64,000 nucleotides of DNA from NCBI RefSeq assembly GCF_009914755.1, contig NC_060948.1. One strand, written 5' to 3'. Made by a program: the position numbers and the translations under genes. Shown in pieces: positions 21,102 through 40,457 of this stretch; within the stretch, counting starts at the first letter, position 1; each line of letters begins with the position of its first letter. A model generated the notes under the pieces. That model was not told the DNA's origin and did no database searches. It saw nothing but the letters and a program-made list of their open reading frames with translations. The stretch comes from the human T2T-CHM13v2.0 reference genome, Homo sapiens.

Positions 21102-23226
21102 AGATCCATATTTTTTAAATGAAAAAAGATTTCAAAGGTACTCTGCTTGGTACAATAATCAAATGTATAAACTGAGGAATAAAACATAACCATGAAACCT
21201 ACTTATAACTGCATATGGAAAATACAGAGGATAATTTTTTAAATAACATATTTTGAAAGCCTTAACTAGTAATTTGAAGAGCTGGCATTTGAAAGGCCAG
21301 TATGAATATACCTTCAAAGCAGCAACACAGGTTCCCCATGAGAAAAAGCAAACACAGGGAAAACAAAAACACAAAGGTTCAATCTCTTCTGACCTTTGAA
21401 AGACACAGCACAGACAGTGGTCCTTAGGACGAAGAGCAGGAGACCCCTAATTCCGTCACCATGGCGATAGGGCATAAACATTGCTGGGTGAGGGCACAAT
21501 CCACATTGTGAGGTCCAACTGCTGCCAGGAAGACAGGAGTGCTTTTACATAGACCGAAAGGTCATTGAAGGCTCAGAGTTTTCTTTCAAGAACTGAATCC
21601 CAAGCCCACACGTTATTAGGCTGCGCTTCTTAAAACAAGTTATGAGATGGGAAAAAGGGCACCCACAAACATACGTATACATTATGTATATAATAATATA
21701 CAGTATCATATATATAATATATATAACCTATGTATAATATTGTTTTACATCCTGCATCTTATGTTATATATATTGTATAAAATATAATAATTGATAATAT
21801 ATAAGTTTATATTTATACAATATGACATATAGTATATATTATAATTTATGACATATATAATATATGTTATATGTCATATATAGAATATATTATACGGTTA
21901 ATATACGTATTAAATATAAATTATACATTATATATTATATATAATATATCTGTTATATATAATACCCATTATGCATAATATATATATTATGTCTATGTTA
22001 TATATAGTATAAAACAACATATAATAATATATAATTGTATATATAAAATGCGACATATAATATATATTATATTTTATAACATATGTAATATATATTATAT
22101 ATTATATGTAATACGTTGTATGTATAATACCTATATTAAATATATATTATATGACTATGTTATTAATTACATGTCACATGTGTTATATATTATATATTTT
22201 ACATAGAATATACCGGTTACATACAATATATACTATGTTACCTATAATGTATAATTTACTACATGTAAAATAAACAATGCAATATATTATGTATAATTTA
22301 TAATATACAATATGTGGAATGATATATATATAACATATAATATATGATATATGATTTACAGTATATGATATATAACATACAATATATGATTCCTAATATA
22401 TATGGTATACAATATATATTTTATGATATGTATTCTATATGTTTTATATTCTGTTATATATAACTATTTGAAATTATATATAACTGTATAATATTTTATG
22501 TAAATATGTAATATAATATATATAACTATATAATATATTATATATAACTATATATTATGTTATATATACTTTTATAACATAATTTACATAAAATATCATA
22601 ATATAATATATATTATATTATTTCATATTACATAATATATATTACATATCACCCAATATAACTAACATACATAATATTATAATATAGATTATATTGTGTT
22701 ATATTAAATATCATATATATCATGTATCATATATTCTATAATATATATTACACATTATATAATATGTATGTTGTCTATTATGTGGTATATATAACTATAT
22801 ATATAATTATATTTTTATACATATAACTAGATAAACATGTAATTCTACATATTTTCATTTATAATATGTATAATTATATAATCATATATAATTATTTATA
22901 TTCTATAAAAAATTTTATCATTATATAAATTATAATATATAAAAATTATAATATGTACTACAAATATATATATTATATATCATATATGATATAGTACTAT
23001 TGTTATATTTCATAATACATATAAATGTGTATTATGTTATCTATAATTATATAATTTCATATATAAGATGTATAATATGTATCATAAATTATATATGTTA
23101 TGTAATATATATAGTATATATAAGATGACACAGGATAAATATTATATACTATGACATATAAAATATATGAGGTTATATGTTACATATAAGGCATAGCACA
23201 TAACATGTAATATATATCATATATAA

Positions 23227-23518
23227 TTTTTTTTTAGACAGAATCTTGTCCTGTTGCACAGGGTGGGGTACAATGGCGCCATCTTTGCTGACTGCAAATT
23301 CTGCCTCACGGGTCCAAGCGATTGTCCTCCCTCAGCCTCCCAGGTAGCTGGGACTACACCACACTGGGACTACACCAGCTGCCACCATGCCTAGCTAATT
23401 TTTTGGATTTTTAGTAGTGACAGCGTTTCACTGTATTGGCCAGGATGGTCTTGATCTCTTCACCTTGTGATCCCCTTGCCTTGGCCTCCAAATTTGCTGG
23501 GATTACAGGCCTGAGCCA
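23227..23518 (-). mobile_element. Alu copy, U10
   Basis: Same antisense Alu as U1. Confidence 0.93.
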
Positions 23519-25623
23519 AGATCCATATTTTTTAAATGAAAAAAAATTTCAAAGGTACTCTGCTTGGTACAATAATCAAATGTATAAACTGAGGAATAAA
23601 ACATAACCATGAAACCTACTTATAACTGCATATGGAAAATACAGAGGATAATTTTTTAAATAACATATTTTGAAAGCCTTAACTAGTAATTTGAAGAGTT
23701 GGCATTTGAAAGGCCAGTATGAATATACCTTCAAAGCAGCAACACAGGTTCCCCATGAGAAAAAGCAAACACAGGGGAAATAAAAACACAAAGGTTCAAT
23801 CTCTTCTGACCTTTGAAAGACACAGCACAGACAGTGGTCCTTAGGACGAAGAGCAGGAGACCCCTAATTCCGTCACCATGGCGATAGGGCATAAACATTG
23901 CTGGGTGAGGGCACAATCCACATTGTGAGGTCCAACTGCTGCCAGGAAGACAGGAGTGCTTTTACATAGACCGAAAGGTCATTGAAGGCTCAGAGTTTTG
24001 TTTCAAGAACTGAATCCCAAGCCCACACGTAATTAGGCTGCGCTTCTTAAAACAAGTTATGAGATGGGAAAAAGGGCACCCACAAACATACGTATACATT
24101 ATGTATATAATAATATACAGTATCATATATATAATATATATAACCTATGTATAATATTGTTTTACATCCTGCATCTTATGTTATATATATTGTATAAAAT
24201 ATAATAATTGATAATATATAAGTTTTATAATTATACAATATGACATATAGTATATATTATAATTTATGACATATATAATATATGTTATATGTCATATATA
24301 GAATATATTATACGGTTAATATACCTATTAAATATAAATTATACATTATATATATTATATATAATATATCTGTTATATATAATACCCATTATGCATAATA
24401 TATATATTATGTCTATGTTATATATAGTATAAAACAACATATAATAATATATAATTGTATATATAAAATGCGACATATAATATATATTATATTTTATTAC
24501 ATATGTAATATATATTATATATTATATATAATACGTTGTATGTATAATACCTATATTAAATATATATTATATGACTATGTTATTAATTACATGTCACATG
24601 TGTTATATATTATATATTTTACATAGACTATACCGGTTACATACAATATATACTATGTTACCTATAATGTATAATTTATTACATGTAAAATAAACAATGC
24701 AATATATTATGTAAAATTTATAATATACCATATGTGGAATGTGATATATATAACATATAATATATGATATATGATGTACAGTATATGATATATAACATAC
24801 AATATATGATTCCTAATATATATGGTATACAATATATATTTTATGTTATGTATTCTATATGTTTTATATTCTGTTATATATAACTATTTGAAATTATATA
24901 TAACTGTATAATATTTTATGTAAATATGTAATATAATATATATAACTATATAATATATTATATATAACTATATATTATGTTATATATACTTTTATAACAT
25001 AATTTAGATAAAATATCATAATATAATATATATTATATTATTTCATATTACATAATATATATTACATATCACCCAATATAACTAACATACATAATATTAT
25101 AATATAGATTATATTATGTTATATTAAATATCATATATATCATGTATCATATATTCTATAATATATATTACACATTATATAATATGTATGTTGTCTATTA
25201 TGTGATATATATAACAATATATATAATTATATTTTTATACATATAACTAGATAAACATGTAATTCTACATATTTTCATTTATAATATGTAGAATTATATA
25301 ATCATATATAATTATTTATATTCTATAAAAAATTTTATCATTATATAAATTATAATATATAAAAATTATAATATGTACTACAAATATATATATTATATAT
25401 CATATATGATATAGTACCTTTGTTATATATCATAATACATATAAATGTGTATTATGTTATCTATAATTATATAATTTCATATATAAGATGTATAATATGT
25501 ATCATATATTATATATGTTATGTAATATATATAGTATATATAAGATGACACAGGATAAATATTATATACTATGACATATAAAATATATGAGGTTATATGT
25601 TACATATAAGGCATAGCACATAG

Positions 25624-25938
<315 letters not shown>

Positions 25939-28063
25939 AGATCCATATTTTTTAAATGAAAAAAAATTTCAAAGGTACTCTGCTTGGTACAATAATCAAA
26001 TGTATAAACTGAGGAATAAAACATAACCATGAAACCTACTTATAACTGCATATGGAAAATACAGAGGATAATTTTTTAAATAACATATTTTGAAAGCCTT
26101 AACTAGTAATTTGAAGAGCTGGCATTTGAAAGGCCAGTATGAATATACCTTCAAAGCAGCAACACAGGTTCCCCATGAGAAAAAGCAAACACAGGGAAAA
26201 TAAAAACACAAAGGTTCAATCTCTTCTGACCTTTGAAAGACACAGCACAGACAGTGGTCCTTAGGACGAAGAGCAGGAGACCCCTAATTCCGTCACCATG
26301 GCGATAGGGCATAAACATTGCTGGGTGAGGGCACAATCCACATTGTGAGGTCCAACTGCTGCCAGGAAGACAGGAGTGCTTTTACATAGACCGAAAGGTC
26401 ATTGAAGGCTCAGAGTTTTGTTTCAAGAACTGAATCCCAAGCCCACACGTTATTAGGCTGCGCTTCTTAAAACAAGTTATGAGATGGGAAAAAGGGCACC
26501 CACAAACATACGTATACATTATGTATATAATAATATACAGTATCATATATATAATATATATAACCTATGTATAATATTGTTTTACATCCTGCATCTTATG
26601 TTATATATATTGTATAAAATATAACAATTGATAATATATAAGTTTTATAATTATACAATATGACATATAGTATATATTATAATTTATGACATATATAATA
26701 TATGTTATATGTCATATATAGAATATATTATACGGTTAATATACGTATTAAATATAAATTATACATTATATATATTATATATAATATATCTGTTATATAT
26801 AATACCCATTATGCATAATATATATATTATGTCTATGTTATATATAGTATAAAACAACATATAATAATATATAATTGTATATATAAAATGCGACATATAA
26901 TATATATTATATTTTATAACATATGTAATATATATTATATATTATATATAATACGTTGTATGTATACCTATATTAAATATATATTATATGACTATGTTAT
27001 TAATTACATGTCACATGTGTTATACATTATATATTTTACATAGAATATACCGGTTACATACAATATATACTATGTTACCTATAATGTATAATTTATTACA
27101 TGTAAAATAAAGAATGCAATATATTATGTATAATTTATACTATACCATATGTGGAATGTGATATATATAACATATAGTATATGATATATGATATACAGTA
27201 TATGATATATAACATACAATATATGATTCCTTATATATATGGTATACAATATATATTTTATGATATATATTCTATATGTTTTATATTCTGTTATATATAA
27301 CTATTTGAAATTATATATAACTGTATAATATTTTATGTAAATATGTAATATAATATATATAACTATATAATATATTATATATAACTATATATTATGTTAT
27401 ATATACTTTTATAACATAATTTACATAAAATATCATAATATAATATATATTATATTATTTCATATTACATAATATATATTACATATCACCCAATATAACT
27501 AACATACATAATATTATAATATAGATTATATTGTGTTATATTAAATATCATATATATCATGTATCATATATTCTATAATATATATTACACATTATATAAT
27601 ATGTATGTTGTCTATTATGTGATATATATAACTATATATATAATTATATTTTTATACATATAACTAGATAAACATGTAATTCTACATATTTTCATTTATA
27701 ATATGTATAATTATATAATCATATATAATTATTTATATTCTATAAAAAATTTTATCATTATATAAATTATAATATATAAAAATTATAATATGTACTACAA
27801 ATATATATATTATATATCATATATGATATAGTACTATTGTTATATTTCATAATACATATAAATGTGTATTATGTTATCTATAATTATATAATTTCATATA
27901 TAAGATGTATAATATGTATCATAAATTATATATGTTATGTAATATATATAGTATATATAAGATGACACAGGATAAATATTATATACTATGACATATAAAA
28001 TATATGAGGTTATATGTTACATATAAGGCATAGCACATAACATGTAATATATATCATATATAA

Positions 28064-28355
28064 TTTTTTTTTAGACAGAATCTTGTCCTGTTGCACAGTG
28101 TGGGGTACAATGGCGCCATCTTTGCTGACTGCAAATTCTGCCTCACGGGTCCAAGCGATTGTCCTCCCTCAGCCTCCCAGGTAGCTGGGACTAAACCACA
28201 CTGGGACTACACCAGCTGCCACCATGCCTAGCTAATTTTTTGGATTTTTAGTAGTGACAGCGTTTCACTGTATTGGCCAGGATGGTCTTGATCTCTTCAC
28301 CTTGTGATCCCCTTGCCTTGGCCTCCAAATTTGCTGGGATTACAGGCCTGAGCCA
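28064..28355 (-). mobile_element. Alu copy, U12
   Basis: Same antisense Alu as U1. Confidence 0.93.
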
Positions 28356-30458
28356 AGATCCATATTTTTTAAATGAAAAAAAATTTCAAAGGTACTCTGC
28401 TTGGTACAATAATCAAATGTATAAACTGAGGAATAAAACATAACCATGAAACCTACTTATAACTGCATATGGAAAATACAGAGGATAATTTTTTAAATAA
28501 CATATTTTGAAAGCCTTAACTAGTAATTTGAAGAGTTGGCATTTGAAAGGCCAGTATGAATATACCTTCAAAGCAGCAACACAGGTTCCCCATGAGAAAA
28601 AGCAAACACAGGGAAAATAAAAACACAAAGGTTCAATCTCTTCTGACCTTTGAAAGACACAGCACAGACAGTGGTCCTTAGGACGAAGAGCAGGAGACCC
28701 CTAATTCCGTCACCATGGCGATAGGGCATAAACATTGCTGGGTGAGGGCACAATCCACATTGTGAGGTCCAACTGCTGCCAGGAAGACAGGAGTGCTTTT
28801 ACATAGACCGAAAGGTCATTGAAGGCTCAGAGTTTTGTTTCAAGAACTGAATCCCAAGCCCACACGTTATTAGGCTGCGCTTCTTAAAACAAGTTATGAG
28901 ATGGGAAAAAGGGCACCCACAAACATACGTATACATTATGTATATAATAATATACAGTATCATATATATACTATATATAACCTATGTATAATATTGTTTT
29001 ACATCCTGCATCTTGTTATATATATTGTATAAAATATAATAATTGATAATATATAAGTTTTATAATTATACAATATGACATATAGTATATATTATAATTT
29101 ATGACATATATAATATATGTTATATGTCATATATAGAATATATTAAACGGTTAATATACGTATTAAATATAAATTATACATTATATATATTATATATAAT
29201 ATATCTGTTATATATAATACCCATTATGCATAATATATATATTATGTCTATGTTATATATAGTATAAAACAACATATAATAATATATAATTGTATATATA
29301 AAATGCGACATATAATATATATTATATTTTATAACATATGTAATATATATTATATATTATATATAATACGTTGTATGTATAATACCTATATTAAATATAT
29401 ATTATATGACTATGTTATTAATTACACGTCACATGTGTTATATATTATATATTTTACATAGAATATACCGGTTACATACAATATATACTATGTTACCTAT
29501 AATGTATAATTTATTACATGTAAAATAAAGAATGCAATATATTATGCAAAATTTATAATATACCATATGTGAAATGTGATATATATAACATATAATATAT
29601 GATATAAGATATACAGTGTATGATATATAACATACAATATATGATTCCTAATATATATGGTATACAATATATATTTTATGATATGTATTCTATATGTTTT
29701 ATATTCTGTTATATATAACTATTTGAAATTATATATAACTGTATAATATTTTATGTAAATATGTAATATAATATATATAACTATATAATATATTTTATAT
29801 AACTATATATTATGTTATATATACTTTTGTAACATAATTTACATAAAATATCATAATATAATATATATTATATTATTTCATATTACATAATATATATTAC
29901 ATATCACCCAATATAACTAACATAGATAATATTATAATATAGATTATATTATGTTATATTAATTATCATATATATCATGTATCATATATTCTATAATATA
30001 TATTACACATTATATAATATGTATGTTGTCTATTATGTGGTATATATAACTATATATATAATTATATTTTTATACATATAACTAGATAACCATGTAATTC
30101 TACATATTTTCATTTATAATATGTAGAATTATATAATCATATATAATTATTTATATTCTATAAAAAATTTTATCATTATATAAATTATAATATATAAAAA
30201 TTATAATATGTACTACAAATATATATATTATATATCATATATGATATAGTACCTTTGTTATATATCATAATACATATAAATGTGTATTATGTTATCTATA
30301 ATTATATAATTTCATATATAAGATGTATAATATGTATCATATATTATATATGTTATGTAATATATATAGTATATATAAGATGACACAGGATAAATATTAT
30401 ATACTATGACATATAAAATATATGAGGTTATATGTTACATATAAGGCATAGCACATAA

Positions 30459-30773
<315 letters not shown>

Positions 30774-32901
30774 AGATCCATATTTTTTAAATGAAAAAAA
30801 ATTTCGAAGGTACTCTGCTTGGTACAATAATCAAATGTATAAACGGAGGAATAAAACAAAACCATGAAACCTACTTATAACTGCATATGGAAAATACAGA
30901 GGATAATTTTTTAAATAACATATTTTGAAAGCCTTAACTAGTAATTTGAAGAGCTGGCATTTGAAAGGCCAGTATGAATATACCTTCAAAGCAGCAACAC
31001 GGGTTCCCCATGAGAAAAAGCAAACACAGGGAAAATAAAAACACAAAGGTTCAATCTCTTCTGACCTTTGAAAGACACAGCACAGACAGTGGTCCTTAGG
31101 ACGAAGAGCAGGAGACCCCTAATTCCGTCACCATGGCGATAGGGCATAAACATTGCTGGGTGAGGGCACAATCCACATTGTGAGGTCCAACTGCTGCCAG
31201 GAAGACAGGAGTGCTTTTACATAGACCGAAAGGTCATTGAAGGCTCAGAGTTTTGTTTCAAGAACTGAATCCCAAGCCCAAACGTTATTAGGCTGCGCTT
31301 CTTAAAACAAGTTATGAGATGGGAAAAAGGGCACCCACAAACATACGTATACATTATGTATATAATAATATACAGTATCATATATATAATATATATAACC
31401 TCTGTATAATATTGTTTTACATCCTGCATCTTATGTTATATATATTGTATAAAATATAATAATTGATAATATATAAGTTTTATAATTATACAATATGACA
31501 TATAGTATATATTATAATTTATGACATATATAATATATGTTATATGTCATATATAGAATATATTATACGGTTAATATACGTATTAAATAAAAATTATACT
31601 TTATATATATTATATATAATATATCTGTTATATATAATGCCCATTATGCATAATATATATATTATGTCTATGTTATATATAGTATAAAACAACATATAAT
31701 AATATATAATTGTATATATAAAATGCGACATATAATATATATTATATTTTATAACATATGTAATATATATTATATATTATATATAATACGTTGTATGTAT
31801 AATACCTATATTAAATATATATTATATGACTATGTTATTAATTACATGTCACATGTGTTATATATTATATATTTTACATAGAATATACCGGTTACATACA
31901 ATATATACTATGTTACCTATAATGTATAATTTATTACATGTAAAATAAAGAATGCAATATATTATGTATAATTTATAATATACCATATGTGGAATGTGAT
32001 ATATATAACATATAATATATGATATATGATATACAGTATATGATATATAACATACAATATACGATTCCTAATATATATGGTATACAATATATATTTTATG
32101 ATATGTATTCTATATGTTTTATATTCTGTTATATATAACTATTTGAAATTATATATAACTGTATAATATTTTATGTAAATATGTAATATAATATATATAA
32201 CTACATAATATATTATATATAACTATATATTATGTTATATATACTTTTATAACATAATTTACATAAAATATCATAATATAATATATATTATATTATTTCA
32301 TATTACATAATATATATTACATATCACCCAATATAACTAACATAGATAATATTATAATATAGATTATATTATGTTATATTAAATATCATATATATCATGT
32401 ATCATATATTCTATAATATATATTACACATTATATAATATGTATGTTGTCTATTATGTGATATATTTAACTATATATATAATTATATTTTTATACATATA
32501 ACTAGATAAACATGTAATTCTACATATTTTCATTTATAATATGTAGAATTATATAATCATATATAATTATTTATATTCTATAAAAAATTTTATCATTATA
32601 TAAATTATAATATATAAAAATTATAATATGTACTACAAATATATATATTATATATCATATATGATATAGTACCTTTGTTATATATCATAATACATATAAA
32701 TGTGTATTATGTTATCTATAATTATATAATTTCATATATAAGATGTATAATATGTATCATATATTATATATGTTATGTAATATATATAGTATATATAAGA
32801 TGACACAGGATAAATATTATATACTATGACATATAAAATATATCAGGTTATATGTTACATATAAGGCATAGCACATAACATGTAATATATATCATATATA
32901 A

Positions 32902-33193
32902 TTTTTTTTTAGACAGAATCTTGTCCTGTTGCACAGTGTGGGATACAATGGCGCCATCTTTGCTCACTGCCACTTCTGCCTCACGGGTCCAAGCGATTGT
33001 CCTCCCTCAGCCTCCCAGGTAGCTGGGACTACACCACACTGGGACTACACCAGCTGCCACCATGCCTAGCTAATTATTTGGATTTTTATTAGTGACAGCG
33101 TTTCACTGTATTGGCAAGGATGGTCTTGATCTCTTCACCTTGTGATCCCCTTGCCTTGGCCTCCAAATTTGCTGGGATTACAGGCCTGAGCCA
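32902..33193 (-). mobile_element. Alu copy, U14
   Basis: Same antisense Alu as U1. Confidence 0.93.
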
Positions 33194-35300
33194 AGATCCA
33201 TATTTTTTAAATGAAAAAAAATTTCAAAGGTACTCTGCTTGGTACAATAATCAAATGTATAAACTGAGGAATAAAACATAACCATGAAACCTACTTATAA
33301 CTGCATATGGAAAATACAGAGGATAATTTTTTGAATAACATATTTTGAAAGCCTTAACTAGTAATTTGAAGAGCTGGCATTTGAAAGGCCAGTATGAATA
33401 TACCTTCAAAGCAGCAACACAGGTTCCCCATGAGAAAAAGCAAACACAGGGAAAATAAAAACACAAAGGTTCAATCTCTTCTGACCTTTGAAAGACACAG
33501 CACAGACAGTGGTCCTTAGGACGAAGAGCAGGAGACCCCTAATTCCGTCACCATGGCGATAGGGCATAAACATTGCTGGGTGAGGGCACAATCCACATTG
33601 TGAGGTCCAACTGCTGCCAGGAAGACAGGAGTGCTTTTACATAGACCGAAAGGTCATTGAAGGCTCAGAGTTTTGTTTCAAGAACTGAATCCCAAGCCCA
33701 CACGTTATTAGGCTGCGCTTCTTAAAACAAGTTATGAGATGGGAAAAAGGGCACCCACAAACATACGTATACATTATGTATATAATAATATACAGTATCA
33801 TATATATAATATATATAACCTATGTATAATATTGTTTTACATCCTGCATCTTATGTTATATATATTGTATAAAATATAATAATTGATAATATATAAGTTT
33901 TATAATTATACAATATGACATATAGTATATATTATAATTTATGACATATATAATATATGTTATATGTCATATATAGAATATATTATACGGTTAATATACG
34001 TATTAAATATAAATTATACATTATATATATTATATATAATATATCTGTTATGTATAATGCCCATTATGAATAATATATCTATTATGTTTATGTTATATAT
34101 AGTATAAAACAACATATAATAATATATAATTGTATATATAAAATGCGACATATAATATATATTATATTTTATAACATATGTAATATATATTATATATTAT
34201 ATATAATACGTTGTATGTATAATACCTATATTAAATATATATTATATGAATATGTTATTAATTACATGTCACATGTGTTATATATTATATATTTTACATA
34301 GAATATACCGGTTACATACAATATATACTATGTTACCTATAATGAATAATTTATTACATGTAAAATAAAGAATGCAATATATTATGTATAATTTATAATA
34401 TACCATATGTGGAATGTGATATATATAACATATAATATATGATATATGATATACAGTATATGATATATAACATACAATATATGATTCCTAATATATATGG
34501 TATACAATATATATTTTATGATATGTATTCTATATGTTTTATATTCTGTTATATATAACTATTTGAAATTATATATAACTGTATAATATTTTATGTAAAT
34601 ATGTAATATAATATATATTACTATATAATATATTATATATAACTATATATTATGTTATATATACTTTTATAACATAATTTACATAAAATATCATAATATA
34701 GTATATATTATATTATTTCATATTACATAATATATATTACATATCACCGAATATAACTAACATACATAATATTATAATATAGATTATATTGTGTTATATT
34801 AAATATCATATATATCATGTATCATATATTCTATAATATATATTACACATTATATAATATGTATGTTGTCTATTATGTGATATATATAACTATATATATA
34901 ATTATATTTTTATACCTATAACTAGATAAACATGTAATTCTACATATTTTCATTTGTAATATGTAGAATTATATAATCATATATAATTATTTATATTCTA
35001 TAAAAAATTTTATCATTATATAAATTATAATATATAAAAATTATAATATGTACTACAAATATATATATATTATATATCATATATGATATAGTACCTTTGT
35101 TATATATCATAATACATATAAATGTGTATTATGTTATCTATAATTATATAATTTCATATATAAGATGTATAATATGTATCATATATTATATATGTTATGT
35201 AATATATATAGTATATATAAGATGACACAGGATAAATATTATATACTATGACATATAAAATATATGAGGTTATATGTTACATATAAGGCATAGCACATAA

Positions 35301-35615
<315 letters not shown>

Positions 35616-37722
35616 AGATCCATATTTTTTAAATGAAAAAAAATTTCAAAGGTACTCTGCTTGGTACAATAATCAAATGTATAAACTGAGGAATAAAACA
35701 TAACCATGAAACCTACTTATAACTGCATATGGAAAATACAGAGGATAATTTTTTAAATAACATATTTTGAAAGCCTTAACTAGTAATTTGAAGAGTTGGC
35801 ATTTGAAAGGCCAGTATGAATATACCTTCAAAGCAGCAACACAGGTTCCCCATGAGAAAAAGCAAGCACAGGGAAAACAAAAACACAAAGGTTCAATCTC
35901 TTCTGACCTTTGAAAGACACAGCACAAACAGTGGTCCTTAGGATGAAGAGCAGGAGACCCCTAATTCCGTCACCATGGCGATAGGGCATAAACATTGCTG
36001 GGTGAGGGCACAATCCACATTGTGAGGTCCAACTGCTGCCAGGAAGACAGGAGTGCTTTTACATAGACCTAAAGGTCATTGAAGGCTCAGAGTTTTGTTT
36101 CAAGAACTGAATCCCAAGCCCACACGTTATTAGGCTGCGCTTCTTAAAACAAGTTATGAGATGGGAAAAAGGGCACCCACAAACATACGTATACATTATG
36201 TATATAATAATATACAGTATCATATATATAATATATATAACCTATGTATAATACTGTTTTACATCCTGCATCTTATGTTATATATATTGTATAAAATATA
36301 ATAATTGATAATATATAAGTTTTATAATTATACAATATGACATATAGTATATATTATAATTTATGACATATATAATATATGTTATATGTCATATATAGAA
36401 TATATTATACGGTTAATATACGTATTAAATATAAATTATACATTATATATATTATATATAATATATCTGTTACATATAATACCCATTATGCATAATATAT
36501 ATATTATGTCTATGTTATATATAGTATAAAACAACATATAATAATATATAATTGTATATATAAAATGCGACATATAATATATATTATATTTTATAACATA
36601 TGTAATATATATTATATATTATATATAATACGTTGTATGTATAATACCTATATTAAATATATATTATATGACTATGTTATTAATTACATGTCACATGTGT
36701 TATATATTATATATTTTACATAGAATATACCGGTTACATACAATATATACTATGTTACCTATAATGTATAATTTATTACATGTAAAATAAAGAATGCAAT
36801 ATATTATGTATAATTTATAATATACAATATGTGGAATGTGATATATATAACATATAATATATGATATATGATATACAGTATATGATATATAACATACAAT
36901 ATATGATTCCTAATGTATATGGTATACAATATATATTTTATGATATGTATTCTATATGTTTTATATTCTGTTATATATAACTATTTGAAATTATATATAA
37001 CAGTATAATATTTTATGTAAATATGTAATATAATATATATAACTATATAATATATTATATATAACTATATATTATGTTATATATACTTTTATAACATAAT
37101 TTACATAAAATATCATAATATAGTATATATTATATTATTTCATATTACATAATATCTATTACATATCACCGAATATAACTAACATACATAATATTATAAT
37201 ATAGATTATATTGTGTTATATTAAATATCATATATATCATGTATCATATATTCTATAATATATATTACACATTATATAATATGTATGTTGTCTATTATGT
37301 GATATATATAACTATATATATAATAATATTTTTATACATATAACTAGATAAACATGTAATTCTACATATTTTCATTTATAATATGTAGAATTATATAATC
37401 ATATATAATTATTTATATTCTATAAAAAATTTTATCATTATATAAATTATAATATATAAAAATTATAATATGTACTACAAATATATATATATTATATATC
37501 ATATATGATATAGTACCTTTGTTATATATCATAATACTTATAAATGTGTATTATGTTATCTATAATTATATAATTTCATATATAAGATGTATAATATGTA
37601 TCATATATTATATATGTTATGTAATATATATAGTATATATAAGATGACACAGGATAAATATTATATACTATGACATATAAAATATATGTGGTTATATGTT
37701 ACATATAAGGCATAGCACATAA

Positions 37723-38037
<315 letters not shown>

Positions 38038-40142
38038 AGATCCATATTTTTTAAATGAAAAAAAATTTCAAAGGTACTCTGCTTGGTACAATAATCAAAT
38101 GTATAAACTGAGGAATAAAACATAACCATGAAACCTACTTATAACTGCATATGGAAAATACAGAGGATAATTTTTTAAATAACATATTTTGAAAGCCTTA
38201 ACTAGTAATTTGAAGAGTTGGCATTTGAAAGGCCAGTATGAATATACCTTCAAAGCAGCAACACAGGTTCCCCATGAGAAAAAGCAAGCACAGGGAAAAC
38301 AAAAACACAAAGGTTCAATCTCTTCTGACCTTTGAAAGACACAGCACAGACAGTGGTCCTTAGGATGAAGAGCAGGAGACCCCTAATTCCGTCACCATGG
38401 CGATAGGGCATAAACATTGCTGGGTGAGGGCACAATCCACATTGTGAGGTCCAACTGCTGCCAGGAAGACAGGAGTGCTTTTACATAGACCTAAAGGTCA
38501 TTGAAGGCTCAGAGTTTTGTTTCAAGAACTGAATCCCAAGCCCACACGTTATTAGGCTGCGCTTCTTAAAACAAGTTATGAGATGGGAAAAAGGGCACCC
38601 ACAAACATACGTATACATTATGTATATAATAATATACAGTATCATATATATAATATATATAACCTATGTATAATACTGTTTTACATCCTGCATCTTATGT
38701 TATATATATTGTATAAAATATAATAATTGATAATATATAAGTTTTATAATTATACAATATGACATATAGTATATATTATAATTTATGACATATATAATAT
38801 ATGTTATATGTCATATATAGAATATATTATACGGTTAATATACGTATTAAATATAAATTATACATTATATATATTATATATAATATATCTGTTATATATA
38901 ATACCCATTATGCATAATACATATATTATGTCTATGTTATATATAGTATAAAACAACATATAATAATATATAATTGTATATATAAAATGCGACATATAAT
39001 ATATATTATATTTTATAACATATGTAATATATATTATATATTATATATAATACGTTGTATGTATAATACCTATATTAAATATATATTATATGACTATGTT
39101 ATTAATTACATGTCACATGTGTTATATATTATATATTTTACATAGAATATACCGGTTACATACAATATATACTATGTTACCTATAATGTATAATTTATTA
39201 CATGTAAAATAAAGAATGCAATATATTATGTATAATTTATAATATACAATATGTGGAATGTGATATATATAACATATAATATATGATATATGATATACAG
39301 TATATGATATATAACATACAATATATGATTCCTAATGTATATGGTATACAATATATATTTTATGATATGTATTCTATATGTTTTATATTCTGTTATATAT
39401 AACTATTTGAAATTATATATAACTGTATAATATTTTATGTAAATATGTAATATAATATATATAACTATATAATATATTATATATAACTATATATTATGTT
39501 ATATATACTTTTATAACATAATTTACATAAAATATCATAATATAATATATATTATATTATTTCATATTACATAATATATATTACATATCACCGAATATAA
39601 CTAACATACATAATATTATAATATAGATTATATTGTGTTATATTAAATATCATATATATCATGTATCATATATTCAATAATATATATTACACATTATATA
39701 ATATGTATGTTGTCTATTATGTGATATATATAACTCTATATATAATTATATTTTTATACATATAACTAGATAAACATGTAATTCTACATATTTTCATTTA
39801 TAATATGTAGAATTATATAATCATATATAATTATTTATATTCTATAAAAAATTTTATCATTATATAAATTATAATATATAAAAATTATAATATGTACTAC
39901 AAATATATATATTATATATCATATATGATATAGTACCTTTGTTATATATCATAATACATATAAATGTGTATTATGTTATCTATAATTATATAATTTCATA
40001 TATAAGATGTATAATATGTATCATATATTATATAAGTTATGTAATATATATAGTATATATAAGATGACACAGGATAAATATTATATACTATGACATATAA
40101 AATATATGAGGTTATATGTTACATATAAGGCATAGCACATAA

Positions 40143-40457
<315 letters not shown>
